Positions 16,310-25,779 of a stretch of DNA of 64,000 nucleotides are shown here, one piece after another. The stretch is from a virus: positions 1 through 64,000 of the IMG/VR virus record IMGVR_UViG_3300029905_000002; one strand, 5' to 3'. Below the pieces are notes generated by a model, which saw nothing but the letters and a program-made list of their open reading frames with translations, had not been told where the DNA came from and searched no databases. The position numbers and the translations under genes were made by a program. Positions within the stretch are counted from its first letter, which is position 1; the number at the start of each line of letters is the position of its first letter.

Positions 16310-16935
16310 TGAAAAAGGTATTAACCATTCTGTTGGTCCTAATCCTTCTAGGATTGACTATTTTCTTTTGGTACCGATATAAACGGGTGATTGGGAGGTA
16401 TTCGGATCTCATTGCCAATCCTACTACTGAATACATTACCGATACCGTTTATATCGATAAACCATTTGAACCTGAACCCACTTTTAGTCAGTTTGTTAAA
16501 CCCAAGAGAATCCTGGTATATGATACGATCATCAATGTTGTACATAAGGTTAAGGATTCCATAAGCTACTCTTCTATATCAAGCCAGGATTCTCTTTTTC
16601 AATTCATTCTAGAAAAGGATAAAATCAAACTGAATCTGTTCAATCAAACTTCTGGTATTTATTCCTCTAGAATCTTTCCAATCAATCTAGAAGATTACCA
16701 ATACAACTGGTATCAGGGTAATTTAACTTCCGAATATGTTGGGAAGAAGTTGAAAATAAAACCTTATGCCTATGCCAAATATCGAGTATTTCATAACTTG
16801 ATGGACATAGGAACCGGGATTTCTTTCAAGACCAAGAAATTTGATTATAACCTCGGAATCAACGTTTACCATTACCCTTCCTATATGAAGGGAATTGGTA
16901 CTGACTTGGAGATTTCGATTAAATACAACTTCTAA
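16309..16935 (+). CDS. secreted or outer-membrane-like protein
   Basis: N-terminal signal/anchor MKKVLTILLVLILLGLTIFF. The C-terminus ISIKYNF has alternating hydrophobic residues and a terminal Phe, which is like an OMP beta-signal. Confidence 0.45.
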   Translation: MKKVLTILLVLILLGLTIFFWYRYKRVIGRYSDLIANPTTEYITDTVYIDKPFEPEPTFSQFVKPKRILVYDTIINVVHKVKDSISYSSISSQDSLFQFILEKDKIKLNLFNQTSGIYSSRIFPINLEDYQYNWYQGNLTSEYVGKKLKIKPYAYAKYRVFHNLMDIGTGISFKTKKFDYNLGINVYHYPSYMKGIGTDLEISIKYNF

Positions 16936-16939
16936 AACT

Positions 16940-18436
16940 ATGGCAAGAAAGATATCTGAAGAAAGAACTACACTTACTAGAGAAGAGCTAAAAACCTTAG
17001 CTGCTGTTAGTAATGATGTCTTCCTATTCAGTACTTTCTGTTATGTAATTCACCCCATGAGAGGTAAGGTACAATTCAAACTGTATCCTTACCAACGTTC
17101 GGTATTATATAACTTCGTTGCAGAAAGATTCAATATCATCCTGAAATTCCGTCAGGCTGGTATTACTGAATTAATCTCAATGTACTGCCTTTGGTTGGCT
17201 ATGTACCACCCAAACAAGAAAATCAACATCATTTCCATTAAGGATATCACGGCAAAGAAGGTGTTGAAGAAAATCAAGTTCATGTACAAAAACTTACCTT
17301 GGTATCTTCAAACACCAATCCTTAACGGTAGAGGTGGAGAATACGGATCTGCATCTTTGATGGAGTTCAACAACGGTTCATTTATTGAATCCTTACCTAC
17401 ATCTCCTGAAGCTGGTCGTTCTGAATCCTTGACTCTCTTGGTGATAGATGAGGCTGCAATGGTTCGATGGGCATCAGATGTATTTGCTGCCGCTTTACCT
17501 ACCATCTCTACTGGTGGTGCTTGTATCATTAATTCTACTCCCAGAGGTATCGGAGGATTTTATCATTCAATGTGGGTAGATTCCATTGCTCAATCCAATG
17601 GCTTCAATCCCCTCCGATTGTATTGGAATATGCACCCTGAACGTGATCAAGCTTGGTATGATCAAATGGCTGCAGCATTGGGACCAAGAAGAACAGCACA
17701 GGAAATAGATGGAGACTTTTTGGGTTCTGGCAATACAGTATTCGATTTGGCAGATATCAAGGCTATTGAAGATTGCTTGGATGATTATCCAGTAATTGAG
17801 AAACGATTCAATGGCCAATATCGAAGGTATCTGAATCCGGAACCAGATCGGGAATACTTTATTGGTGCAGACGTTTCTACTGGTAGAAATACCGACTATT
17901 CCTCCTTCACCTGTATGGATAAGGAAGGAGAAGAACAAGTGGTATTCAAGGGTAAACTATCCGTAGACAAATTTGGAAGACTTCTGGGAGACACAGGCCA
18001 GCTCTTTAATTGGGCTACGCTTGCTCCCGAATCCAATGATGTCGGTTTGGCAGTTACCTCTCTCCTTCAAACTGAAGGCTACCCTAAGCTATACTATTAT
18101 CAGAAAATCCTCAAGAAAAAAGGCAAAAGCAAACCCGAGATGGATCAATCACCAGGTTGGCTTACTACCAATAAAAATCGTTCGGTAATCATCGAAGGAT
18201 TGGAAAAGGATATCCGAGAAGAGAACATAATCGTAAAGGATCCTTTCTTTGTACAAGAGGCTTACACTTTCATTTATGATGGCTTGGGTAGACCAGTAGC
18301 AATGGGTAAACATAAAACCAACAATGATGCAGTGGACATGGAAAATGAGATCTATGCCGATGATGATATATTCGGTAAGGCAATCTGCAATCACATTCGA
18401 AAAGGAAAGACAAACATTATAGTTCAACCGAGATGA
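16940..18436 (+). CDS. terL: terminase large subunit
   Basis: Track ORF trimmed to the ATG at 16940 (MARKISEE...). Walker B-like LLVIDEAA. Size is about 498 aa and the portal-sized gene follows immediately. Confidence 0.8.
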   Translation: MARKISEERTTLTREELKTLAAVSNDVFLFSTFCYVIHPMRGKVQFKLYPYQRSVLYNFVAERFNIILKFRQAGITELISMYCLWLAMYHPNKKINIISIKDITAKKVLKKIKFMYKNLPWYLQTPILNGRGGEYGSASLMEFNNGSFIESLPTSPEAGRSESLTLLVIDEAAMVRWASDVFAAALPTISTGGACIINSTPRGIGGFYHSMWVDSIAQSNGFNPLRLYWNMHPERDQAWYDQMAAALGPRRTAQEIDGDFLGSGNTVFDLADIKAIEDCLDDYPVIEKRFNGQYRRYLNPEPDREYFIGADVSTGRNTDYSSFTCMDKEGEEQVVFKGKLSVDKFGRLLGDTGQLFNWATLAPESNDVGLAVTSLLQTEGYPKLYYYQKILKKKGKSKPEMDQSPGWLTTNKNRSVIIEGLEKDIREENIIVKDPFFVQEAYTFIYDGLGRPVAMGKHKTNNDAVDMENEIYADDDIFGKAICNHIRKGKTNIIVQPR

Positions 18437-19905
18437 AACTTTTTAACTTATTCGGGAGGAAATCACCTCCCAAGGAGGATACTCAACAAAATGAGGCTCC
18501 TCGGAATAAACCCGAAACCCCTATTTCACCAGGTAGGGTCTCGGTAGATGAAGATGATTCTCTATTTCTTACTCTGAAAGGGCAGACCAAAATGGTTGAG
18601 CCCTCTTTTCGTGTTGAAGTAATTAAACTTATCAGAGATCTGTACAAGGTAAATCCTGATATGTCTATTGCTACCCAGGATATGTTTAAGTTAGCCAACA
18701 CGGGTCATAACGTAACATTTCCTAACAATAGCGATGATGAGGCAGAGAAGATGAGAGATCATCTTAAAGCTGTTACTACCAAATGGTCCAGATATACTGC
18801 TGGAATCGATGGATTAGTAAATAAGATGATGGTTCAACTCCTGGTAGGAGGAGCTATATCCGTAGAAGCTGTACCTAATAAGGATTTAAGTGGCTTGGCT
18901 ACTATTCTGTTCTTAAAACCCGAGAATATAATCTTTAAAAGGGAAGCTAATGGCGTATATTCTCCTTATCAGAGGAATAACAATGCTCTTGTAAAAAATG
19001 GCCAGTACATAAAGCTTAACCCCGAAACCTACTTTTATGCAGGTATGTTCAATGATACCGATGAACCTTACGGAATACCTCCGTTTATGGCTGCGTTGGA
19101 TTCATTGAAAGGCCAACATGATATGAAGATTAATTTCAAGCATATCATGGAAATCTGCGGTATGGTAGGATTCTTGGAAGCTAAGATGGCTAAATCTGAC
19201 CAAAGACCCAATGAATCCATCAATGCCTATGAGGCCAGGTTAAATCGAGAACTGATTCGATTGAAGAAGAACCTTAAAGAAGGTATGAAGGATGGTATAG
19301 TAACTGGGTACATAGATGACCATGAATTCAAACTTAACTCTACTACCAAAGAACTTGGCAATATAGAGATCCCATGGTCCATGAACCAACAGTCTGTTGC
19401 AAATGGATTGGGAGTAAATGGCTCTATCATAGGTCTTGGTAATGTAAGTGGAGATGGTGCATCAGGTACTATGCTCTCTAAAATGATTTCCCAGTTGAAG
19501 AATCTGCAAATGATAGCAGGCTTTGTTCTTGAGAAGATTTATTCTTTAGAGCTCTTGCTGGCAGGATTTAACAACAAAGGAATCAGAATCACTTGGGGTA
19601 CTTCTACTATCTCCGATGAAGTCAAGGTTCAACAAGGTCTTCAGTATAAAATCCAAAACTTGGACCTGTTGTACAAGGCAGGTATCATATCTCAGGACCA
19701 ATATGCTTGGGAAATGGGTTATGATTCACCCGATGAAGATGAACCCAGGTTATCTTTGGAGGACCAAAATGGTGTCAATAATGATCCACAAGAGGCAACT
19801 AAGAAGAAACAAAGGCAATCAGATAAGAACCAATCTGCTAGACGCTCTAGAGATAAGGGATCTTCTTCTGGTCGCCGTCATGACCAAAACACTAAACCCC
19901 GTTAA
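18433..19905 (+). CDS. portal protein
   Basis: 490-aa ORF overlapping the terL stop. Canonical position; basic, disordered C-terminus. Confidence 0.65.
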   Translation: MKLFNLFGRKSPPKEDTQQNEAPRNKPETPISPGRVSVDEDDSLFLTLKGQTKMVEPSFRVEVIKLIRDLYKVNPDMSIATQDMFKLANTGHNVTFPNNSDDEAEKMRDHLKAVTTKWSRYTAGIDGLVNKMMVQLLVGGAISVEAVPNKDLSGLATILFLKPENIIFKREANGVYSPYQRNNNALVKNGQYIKLNPETYFYAGMFNDTDEPYGIPPFMAALDSLKGQHDMKINFKHIMEICGMVGFLEAKMAKSDQRPNESINAYEARLNRELIRLKKNLKEGMKDGIVTGYIDDHEFKLNSTTKELGNIEIPWSMNQQSVANGLGVNGSIIGLGNVSGDGASGTMLSKMISQLKNLQMIAGFVLEKIYSLELLLAGFNNKGIRITWGTSTISDEVKVQQGLQYKIQNLDLLYKAGIISQDQYAWEMGYDSPDEDEPRLSLEDQNGVNNDPQEATKKKQRQSDKNQSARRSRDKGSSSGRRHDQNTKPR

Positions 19906-19907
19906 TT

Positions 19908-21392
19908 ATGCCGCCTAAAGTTAATATAACCCATAGAAACAGGGAGCACCTTGATTCAATGAGAATTGGTCAAGGCCATACTATCCTGGCATCTTATGTA
20001 CCAGAGGCCGTTGGTGCTCAGACTTTTTGTGAAAGGTATTACGAATGGGTTAAACCTACTCCAGAATCCATCACTCAATTTGGATTATTCGGTAGTGAGA
20101 TCGATTATAATACCTATTACCCAGATCTCAAGGCAGAGGATCTTAAGCCTAAGGATGAGGAATTTATCGAACCTGTATTTCGATTGCTTTCCGAAACCAT
20201 AGTATCTAAGAATTGGAATCCTACCGATTTCAGTCAGAATGGTGTACTTAAGGCTTCTATGAAGCTTCTGCTTGGCCAAACAGTAAATTGCGATCACTCT
20301 ACTGATATTGGTAATGCCATTGGATCTGTATCCAAGGTGATGTGGCAAGAAGGATACAAGGATGGTTCCTTCAGTATCCCCGCTGGTATCAATGGAGTAC
20401 TTAAGATTGATGGCAAAGCTAATCCAAGAATTGCTAGAGGTATCCTTATGGAACCTCCTTCAATCCATTCTAACTCTGTTACCGTTCAGTTTAAGTGGGA
20501 TAAATCTCACCCAGGTATGGAAGATAACGAATTCTATCAGAAACTTGGTACCTATGATGCCAAGGGCCAGATGGTTCGTAGAGTGGTGACTGAGGTAGTA
20601 AGATACCTTGAAACTTCTTTGGTATCCCATGGAGCTGATAGCTTTGCCCAGAAAATCGGTTCTGATGGTAAAATCATTAATCCTGCATTTGCCCAGAGAT
20701 CTTGGGCATCATATAAGGAGTATGAGGAAGATACCAAACAGGTATATTATTTCTCTGATTTCAAGGATTACAACGATACCCAAGAATCCTTTAGTGATAC
20801 ATCACAATTAGATAACCAAGATAAAAACAGTATGAACGAACTTGAATTGTTTATTGAAAACCTCGTTAAGGAAGGAATCATTTCTTTTGCCGAGGGTACC
20901 GAAGCAAACCAAGAAAATGCTCTGGTATTACTGAAAGGCTTGGTATCATCCAAAGGTGATCTTCAAACTCGAGTTGATAATCTGACTACGGAAAAGAATC
21001 AGCTTACCGATCAGATTGCCAACAAGGATGCAGAGATTGCAAACTTAAAGGATATGGCTACGGTAGGCAAGAATTACATTGCTTCTCTCCGTGAGGATGC
21101 TGTAGCTACCTATAAGAAACTTATGGGTGATCAAGTCGATGAAACTATCGTCACTATGCTGAACTCTGAAACAACGGGCTTGGCAACTCTTATCTCCTTG
21201 AAGAAGGATTATGAAGCTAGATTGGATGAGAAATTCCCAATGAAATGTGCTAATTGCGGTTCTCATGAAATCAGCCGTGCTTCTTCGGTTAAGGAAGACA
21301 CTACAAAAAACAAAGAGGATGAGGCTCAAGAAGGCGAAATTCCTTCTAACGAATCCTTGATGGAACAATTTTATCGTAACAAATTAAAGTAA
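19908..21392 (+). CDS. putative prohead scaffold/protease-like protein
   Basis: Lies between portal and capsid genes. The C-terminal half looks coiled-coil (LQTRVDNLTTEKNQLTDQIANKDAEIANLK). No protease catalytic motif was identified. Confidence 0.35.
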   Translation: MPPKVNITHRNREHLDSMRIGQGHTILASYVPEAVGAQTFCERYYEWVKPTPESITQFGLFGSEIDYNTYYPDLKAEDLKPKDEEFIEPVFRLLSETIVSKNWNPTDFSQNGVLKASMKLLLGQTVNCDHSTDIGNAIGSVSKVMWQEGYKDGSFSIPAGINGVLKIDGKANPRIARGILMEPPSIHSNSVTVQFKWDKSHPGMEDNEFYQKLGTYDAKGQMVRRVVTEVVRYLETSLVSHGADSFAQKIGSDGKIINPAFAQRSWASYKEYEEDTKQVYYFSDFKDYNDTQESFSDTSQLDNQDKNSMNELELFIENLVKEGIISFAEGTEANQENALVLLKGLVSSKGDLQTRVDNLTTEKNQLTDQIANKDAEIANLKDMATVGKNYIASLREDAVATYKKLMGDQVDETIVTMLNSETTGLATLISLKKDYEARLDEKFPMKCANCGSHEISRASSVKEDTTKNKEDEAQEGEIPSNESLMEQFYRNKLK

Positions 21393-21399
21393 GACAAAT

Positions 21400-21891
21400 A
21401 TGGCAAATTATGGACCTACGACGCAGTTGGTCAATGACCCTCAGCCGTTGACCCTCTTTGGGCAAAAGACTCCCAGAGCCGTCATTTATAAAAGTGAATC
21501 ACATAAGCTTCACCAAGCTTTCTGTGTAAAAGAAGGACAAAAAATAGTACAAGGCATGCCGGTAGCTCTCGGTCAAGATGGTTTGATTGAACCGTTCATT
21601 CCCGGGGGCGATGGTTCTCAGATCTACCTTGGCGTAGCAGTTACGGATAATGTAAATCCGGCCTATGGTCCACAAAGAAATTATCCGGTAGAAGTTACGG
21701 TTGCTGTAGAAGGTTATATGATCTGTAACTGGGTAGCTACCGCTGCCATTTATGCTGGCTATGTTGCTCCGATGGGCACATTGCTCAATGATCGTTTTAT
21801 CATTGCTCAATCTTCGGTAGAGGAAACTAAGTTTATTTCCTTGCTGCCTGCTGATGAAGCCAATGATGTAATCCAGGTATTAATCCGATAA
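21400..21891 (+). CDS. putative capsid decoration/cement protein (DUF2190-like)
   Basis: 163 aa, directly upstream of the major capsid gene. Gly/Val-rich beta-type pattern. Confidence 0.35.
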   Translation: MANYGPTTQLVNDPQPLTLFGQKTPRAVIYKSESHKLHQAFCVKEGQKIVQGMPVALGQDGLIEPFIPGGDGSQIYLGVAVTDNVNPAYGPQRNYPVEVTVAVEGYMICNWVATAAIYAGYVAPMGTLLNDRFIIAQSSVEETKFISLLPADEANDVIQVLIR

Positions 21892-21902
21892 ACTCATTTA
21901 AC

Positions 21903-23021
21903 ATGGCAACAATTGATATTTCAAAATTGAAGGCTCAGGATTTCATGAATGAATTTCCTGAGATGGTGAGAAGCTTGGAAGCTGCTCGCTCTGGAAATAA
22001 TAACCACAAACCCATTGAAATCACCTTTGAGGAAATGGTTCAGGGTAAGTGGGGTATCTCTCAAGCAGATTTGTTTGAAAAGGTGGGTGTTAATCCCAAG
22101 GTAGATACGATGCAGAATATCTTCACGATGCCCCAACAGAACATCCGTTGGTTGGTACCGGAAATTATCCGTGCTGCTGTAACTCTGGGTATGCGCCAGG
22201 CACCTTTCTATCCCAATATCATTTCTTCCGACCAGTCAGTAAGCGGCTTGACTATCGTTATGCCGATGGTTAACATGTCCGATGCCGTTCCTGCTAAGGT
22301 GAACGAGGCTGAAACCATCCCCTTGGGAGATGTTAGCTTCGGCCAGAAATCGGTTACCCTGTTCAAGATCGGTAAGGGCTTCAAACTCACCGACGAAGTC
22401 CGTAACTACGTATCTCTGGATGTCTTGGCTATCTATCTGCGTGACTTCGGTGTACAGCTGGGTTATGCTTTGGATACTCTGGCAATGGATGTACTTATCA
22501 ACGGTAACAAGGAAGATGGTTCCGAATCCGCTCCGGTATTGGGTGTATATGAGACCACGAATGGTATTACCTACAAAGACTTGCTGCACATCTGGGTAAG
22601 AGCTGCCCGAATGGGACGTAACTTCAGCACTATGATTGGTGGTGAAGACCAGGCAATCGAATTGCTCGACCTGCCCGAATTTAAGGAACGTCATTATGGT
22701 ACGACGGAAGCTACTCTGACTGTGCATTCTCCGGTTCCGAACCGTGCAGATTTCTATATATATCCGGGAACTCCGGATCAGCAGTTGCTTCTGGTTGATA
22801 CATCTTCGGCCTTGATTAAGTTGACCGCTCGTCAGCTCATGATGGAATCCGAAAGAATCGTATCCAACCAGACTTCTGCTATTTATGCAAGTCTGACTAC
22901 GGGTTTCTCGAAGGTATACCAAGATGCTGTTCTGTTGCTGGCTGCCAATGTTCCGTTCTCGGAGGCTGGCTTCCCGGACTTCATGAACATCGATCCTTTC
23001 TTGAACGTAAGTTTGGAATAA
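21903..23021 (+). CDS. major capsid protein
   Basis: 372 aa in the canonical position after the scaffold and decoration genes. Codon usage differs, which fits high expression. Confidence 0.7.
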   Translation: MATIDISKLKAQDFMNEFPEMVRSLEAARSGNNNHKPIEITFEEMVQGKWGISQADLFEKVGVNPKVDTMQNIFTMPQQNIRWLVPEIIRAAVTLGMRQAPFYPNIISSDQSVSGLTIVMPMVNMSDAVPAKVNEAETIPLGDVSFGQKSVTLFKIGKGFKLTDEVRNYVSLDVLAIYLRDFGVQLGYALDTLAMDVLINGNKEDGSESAPVLGVYETTNGITYKDLLHIWVRAARMGRNFSTMIGGEDQAIELLDLPEFKERHYGTTEATLTVHSPVPNRADFYIYPGTPDQQLLLVDTSSALIKLTARQLMMESERIVSNQTSAIYASLTTGFSKVYQDAVLLLAANVPFSEAGFPDFMNIDPFLNVSLE

Positions 23022-23169
23022 CGTAACTTAATGAATTAAGTGACTAACGTAACTCTTTTGTTTTTGGATTTTTTCGTGGGAAAACAATTAATTAGTTAAA
23101 TCACTCTCCGTAGGCCTGCTTGGGAAAGTGGGCCTACATTCTATTGTTAAACTCTTTAATAAACATGGT

Positions 23170-23559
23170 ATGGAACAACGAATAGTAACGGTAGGTCCGA
23201 GAGCTTATAGCTTTCACGACCAATCCACAGGTATCACTGTAATTCGGGGCCAACAGAAAGCCTTGAACATGAAGCAATATGCTTCAAAGAAGATCCAAAG
23301 AGCCCTGGCAACAGGCCACTTGGTATTGGTAGCTAATCAAGTCATTTCGGCTATCTCCGAAAATGATTTGAAGAAGATGATCAAGAAGATCAAAGCCCAA
23401 TACAAACAGGGTATGGAGTTGGCAAAGGTCCAGAAAGGATACAACTTTGAGCAGGCAAAGGCTTTGGCAAAGGCCTTCGAAATCGAGGCTGATCCCGAAG
23501 ATACAGTTGAAACCCTGATTGAAGCTGTATTTAAGGAACTTGCTAACTCAGAAGAATAA
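23170..23559 (+). CDS. hypothetical head-associated protein
   Basis: Track ORF 23128..23559 starts with GTG. The first in-frame ATG is at 23170. Confidence 0.45.
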   Translation: MEQRIVTVGPRAYSFHDQSTGITVIRGQQKALNMKQYASKKIQRALATGHLVLVANQVISAISENDLKKMIKKIKAQYKQGMELAKVQKGYNFEQAKALAKAFEIEADPEDTVETLIEAVFKELANSEE

Positions 23560-23560
23560 A

Positions 23561-23938
23561 ATGAAAACAAAAGTCCTACTCTTGCTGGGCATGCTGCTTA
23601 TGTTTGTATGCCCGCTCTTTGCCCAAACGGGTGATGCCAATACAGATCTTGGCATAGGTAACGAAGCTTTCACAGCAATTGTATCTGTCATCTCTTTGGT
23701 AGTTACTCAGATTGCTAAGCAGGTCTCTTACATTCAGAATCACAACTGGCTGAAGATCCTTATCTCGGTAGTAGTTGGTATTCTGATATGCGCTATATCC
23801 AAGGTTATTAATTGGCCAATTGATTTGGTAGACATGAGTTGGGTACAGACCATATTATTAGGTGCTATTGCAGGTCTGTCTGGCTCTGGTATTTACGACT
23901 TAATCAAATCTTTCTTCAAAACTAACAAAGAAGAATAA
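23561..23938 (+). CDS. membrane/secreted protein
   Basis: Trimmed to the ATG at 23561. Signal peptide MKTKVLLLLGMLLMFVCPLFAQ plus further hydrophobic spans. Confidence 0.5.
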   Translation: MKTKVLLLLGMLLMFVCPLFAQTGDANTDLGIGNEAFTAIVSVISLVVTQIAKQVSYIQNHNWLKILISVVVGILICAISKVINWPIDLVDMSWVQTILLGAIAGLSGSGIYDLIKSFFKTNKEE

Positions 23939-23950
23939 CATTATTAAGGT

Positions 23951-24838
23951 ATGGAACATGGATTTGACTTTCTCACTGTAAGATCTGGTCTATCCGTTTC
24001 CTGTCGAGTTATAGGCAAAGTCCCGGTCAAATGTGTTTTTGATTGGGACTTTGGTGATGATAAGGGTGAGGTTTTCAATAAACGCCATCCTTCATATACC
24101 TATGAAAATCCAGGATTCTATACCATCACTATGCACGTAACAAGCTCTACCGGTTTGGATATTACAGTATCCCATAATGTAGTAGTTTGTGATTTTGGTC
24201 ATAACACTTTATCTGATAGTATCTACAACCTTATCAATAACCTTATACCTTCAGAGTTATCCGATGGTATGACCGATGAGGAAAAGAGATTCTATATTTA
24301 TAAGTGGCAATTATATATCGGACCACTAGTAAATCATCCAATACCGCCTGATAAATATCAAGATGAATTATGGTATGAAGCACTAGAAAACCAACTAATA
24401 ATGGAATTATCTGCCTGGGATTACTTAAATGTGAAATTGCAGAATCTGTTAATATCCACAGGTGAGTACCTAAGTCAGTTAACTTCGACCAAAGAGCAAA
24501 TCGGTGATGGTACTTCTGGACCAGAACAAGCCAGAGGCGATAGGATTAAACAGATCGTTACTGGTCCAACTGAGGTTCAATATTATGACCAGTTGGCTGA
24601 TGCTACTAGTTCACTTTGGAAGGCATATACAGATGCCCTTAAACCAGGTGGAACGATGGATTTACTTAAGGCAAACCTTTGTATGCTTGCATCAAGGTTA
24701 GAGATTTATCTACCTTTCTGTGATTCCGTATCACGAACCGTAGTACCAAGAGTTGTTAACCCAAGAATACCAGGTCCTTTGGATGGTCCCAATCCCACTG
24801 CTCCCATCCGAGGCCTTAAACCTTTCCGTAAAAAGTGA
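23951..24838 (+). CDS. PKD-domain-containing structural protein
   Basis: FDWDFGDDKGEVFNKRHPSYTYENPGFYTITMHVTSSTG matches the PKD domain pattern. Confidence 0.6.
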   Translation: MEHGFDFLTVRSGLSVSCRVIGKVPVKCVFDWDFGDDKGEVFNKRHPSYTYENPGFYTITMHVTSSTGLDITVSHNVVVCDFGHNTLSDSIYNLINNLIPSELSDGMTDEEKRFYIYKWQLYIGPLVNHPIPPDKYQDELWYEALENQLIMELSAWDYLNVKLQNLLISTGEYLSQLTSTKEQIGDGTSGPEQARGDRIKQIVTGPTEVQYYDQLADATSSLWKAYTDALKPGGTMDLLKANLCMLASRLEIYLPFCDSVSRTVVPRVVNPRIPGPLDGPNPTAPIRGLKPFRKK

Positions 24839-25311
24839 CCAAGACTCCTCATTTCAAAGTCTGGAATAGTTCTTGGGACAGGTATAAGCATATCATTACG
24901 AGCTTTATGAATTGGGATGCTGGTAGGCAAACTATTACCTGGGCTAAGAACGTAGATCAGATGTTATCCCATGCTGAGGACGATATCCCAAAGTATTTTA
25001 ATATACAAATAGAGGCTTTGCTTTCCTACAATGCTTTCAGAAACTGGCCTATCAATAAGGCTACTGTTGCAGGAGCATTGGACGATGAAAATATGTCCCT
25101 CTTAATTTCTCGTAGGTACCTTGAAGTAAATGGGTACATGACCAAAGAAGGTTACTGGGATTTTAATTGGGAGATGGACAGATTCGTTATCAACGGTATA
25201 GTTTATAAGCCTACTGGGGATACCGAAGTAGCCCAAGCTAAGGATGAAGGTTTGGTATTTATGGTTATCCTAAGGAGAGATAAAGATTCTAAAATAACAT
25301 TTGTCACATGA
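24835..25311 (+). CDS. hypothetical structural protein
   Basis: ORF track (GTG start) with overlapping stops and starts. Confidence 0.45.
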   Translation: MTKTPHFKVWNSSWDRYKHIITSFMNWDAGRQTITWAKNVDQMLSHAEDDIPKYFNIQIEALLSYNAFRNWPINKATVAGALDDENMSLLISRRYLEVNGYMTKEGYWDFNWEMDRFVINGIVYKPTGDTEVAQAKDEGLVFMVILRRDKDSKITFVT

Positions 25312-25778
25312 AGACTGTTCAACTCACATTTACTCAGATTAATGGGGTTGATGGTATCTACTACGACAGTAACCTTATTCAAGTTAGTGGTCCTTCTGGA
25401 GTACATATCGAAATGCCTGATTTAGGTAAACGGGTTGAGATATCCATCTGGAGAAGTATTACTGGCTTCAAAATGGTATCTTGCTACCATGATTATTTCA
25501 AATCAATCTTCGATAAGGATCTTCTCCACATCGATATTGGTAGGAAATATATTGGTCATATATCCGAAATCGGAGCTGTGGTCAAGTTCAGGATAGATCA
25601 GATTCCAGATTATGCTATCATAAAAGGAGAAGTCGAAGACTTAGGTCCGGTAGATCCAGATAATCCCGATGATATAGCAAATGCCTTTGCTGGTAGTGAA
25701 GGTGTTTATTTTCAGGATATCGATTCTGAATACCTGATTGGAAGAAGTCGAAGTTTAAACTTAAATCCAAATTATTGA
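25308..25778 (+). CDS. hypothetical structural protein
   Basis: ORF track. Confidence 0.45.
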   Translation: MKTVQLTFTQINGVDGIYYDSNLIQVSGPSGVHIEMPDLGKRVEISIWRSITGFKMVSCYHDYFKSIFDKDLLHIDIGRKYIGHISEIGAVVKFRIDQIPDYAIIKGEVEDLGPVDPDNPDDIANAFAGSEGVYFQDIDSEYLIGRSRSLNLNPNY

Positions 25779-25779
25779 T

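Noticed and set aside
22236-22922. 228-aa minus-strand ORF inside the major capsid gene. Similar long antisense ORFs occur at 28896..29390, 29667..30212, 39912..40394, 53468..53878 and 17567..17938.
   Set aside because: Each lies fully antisense to a well-supported, motif-bearing plus-strand gene. Their translations are low-complexity (S/I/L-rich) with no start context. They are typical shadow ORFs.
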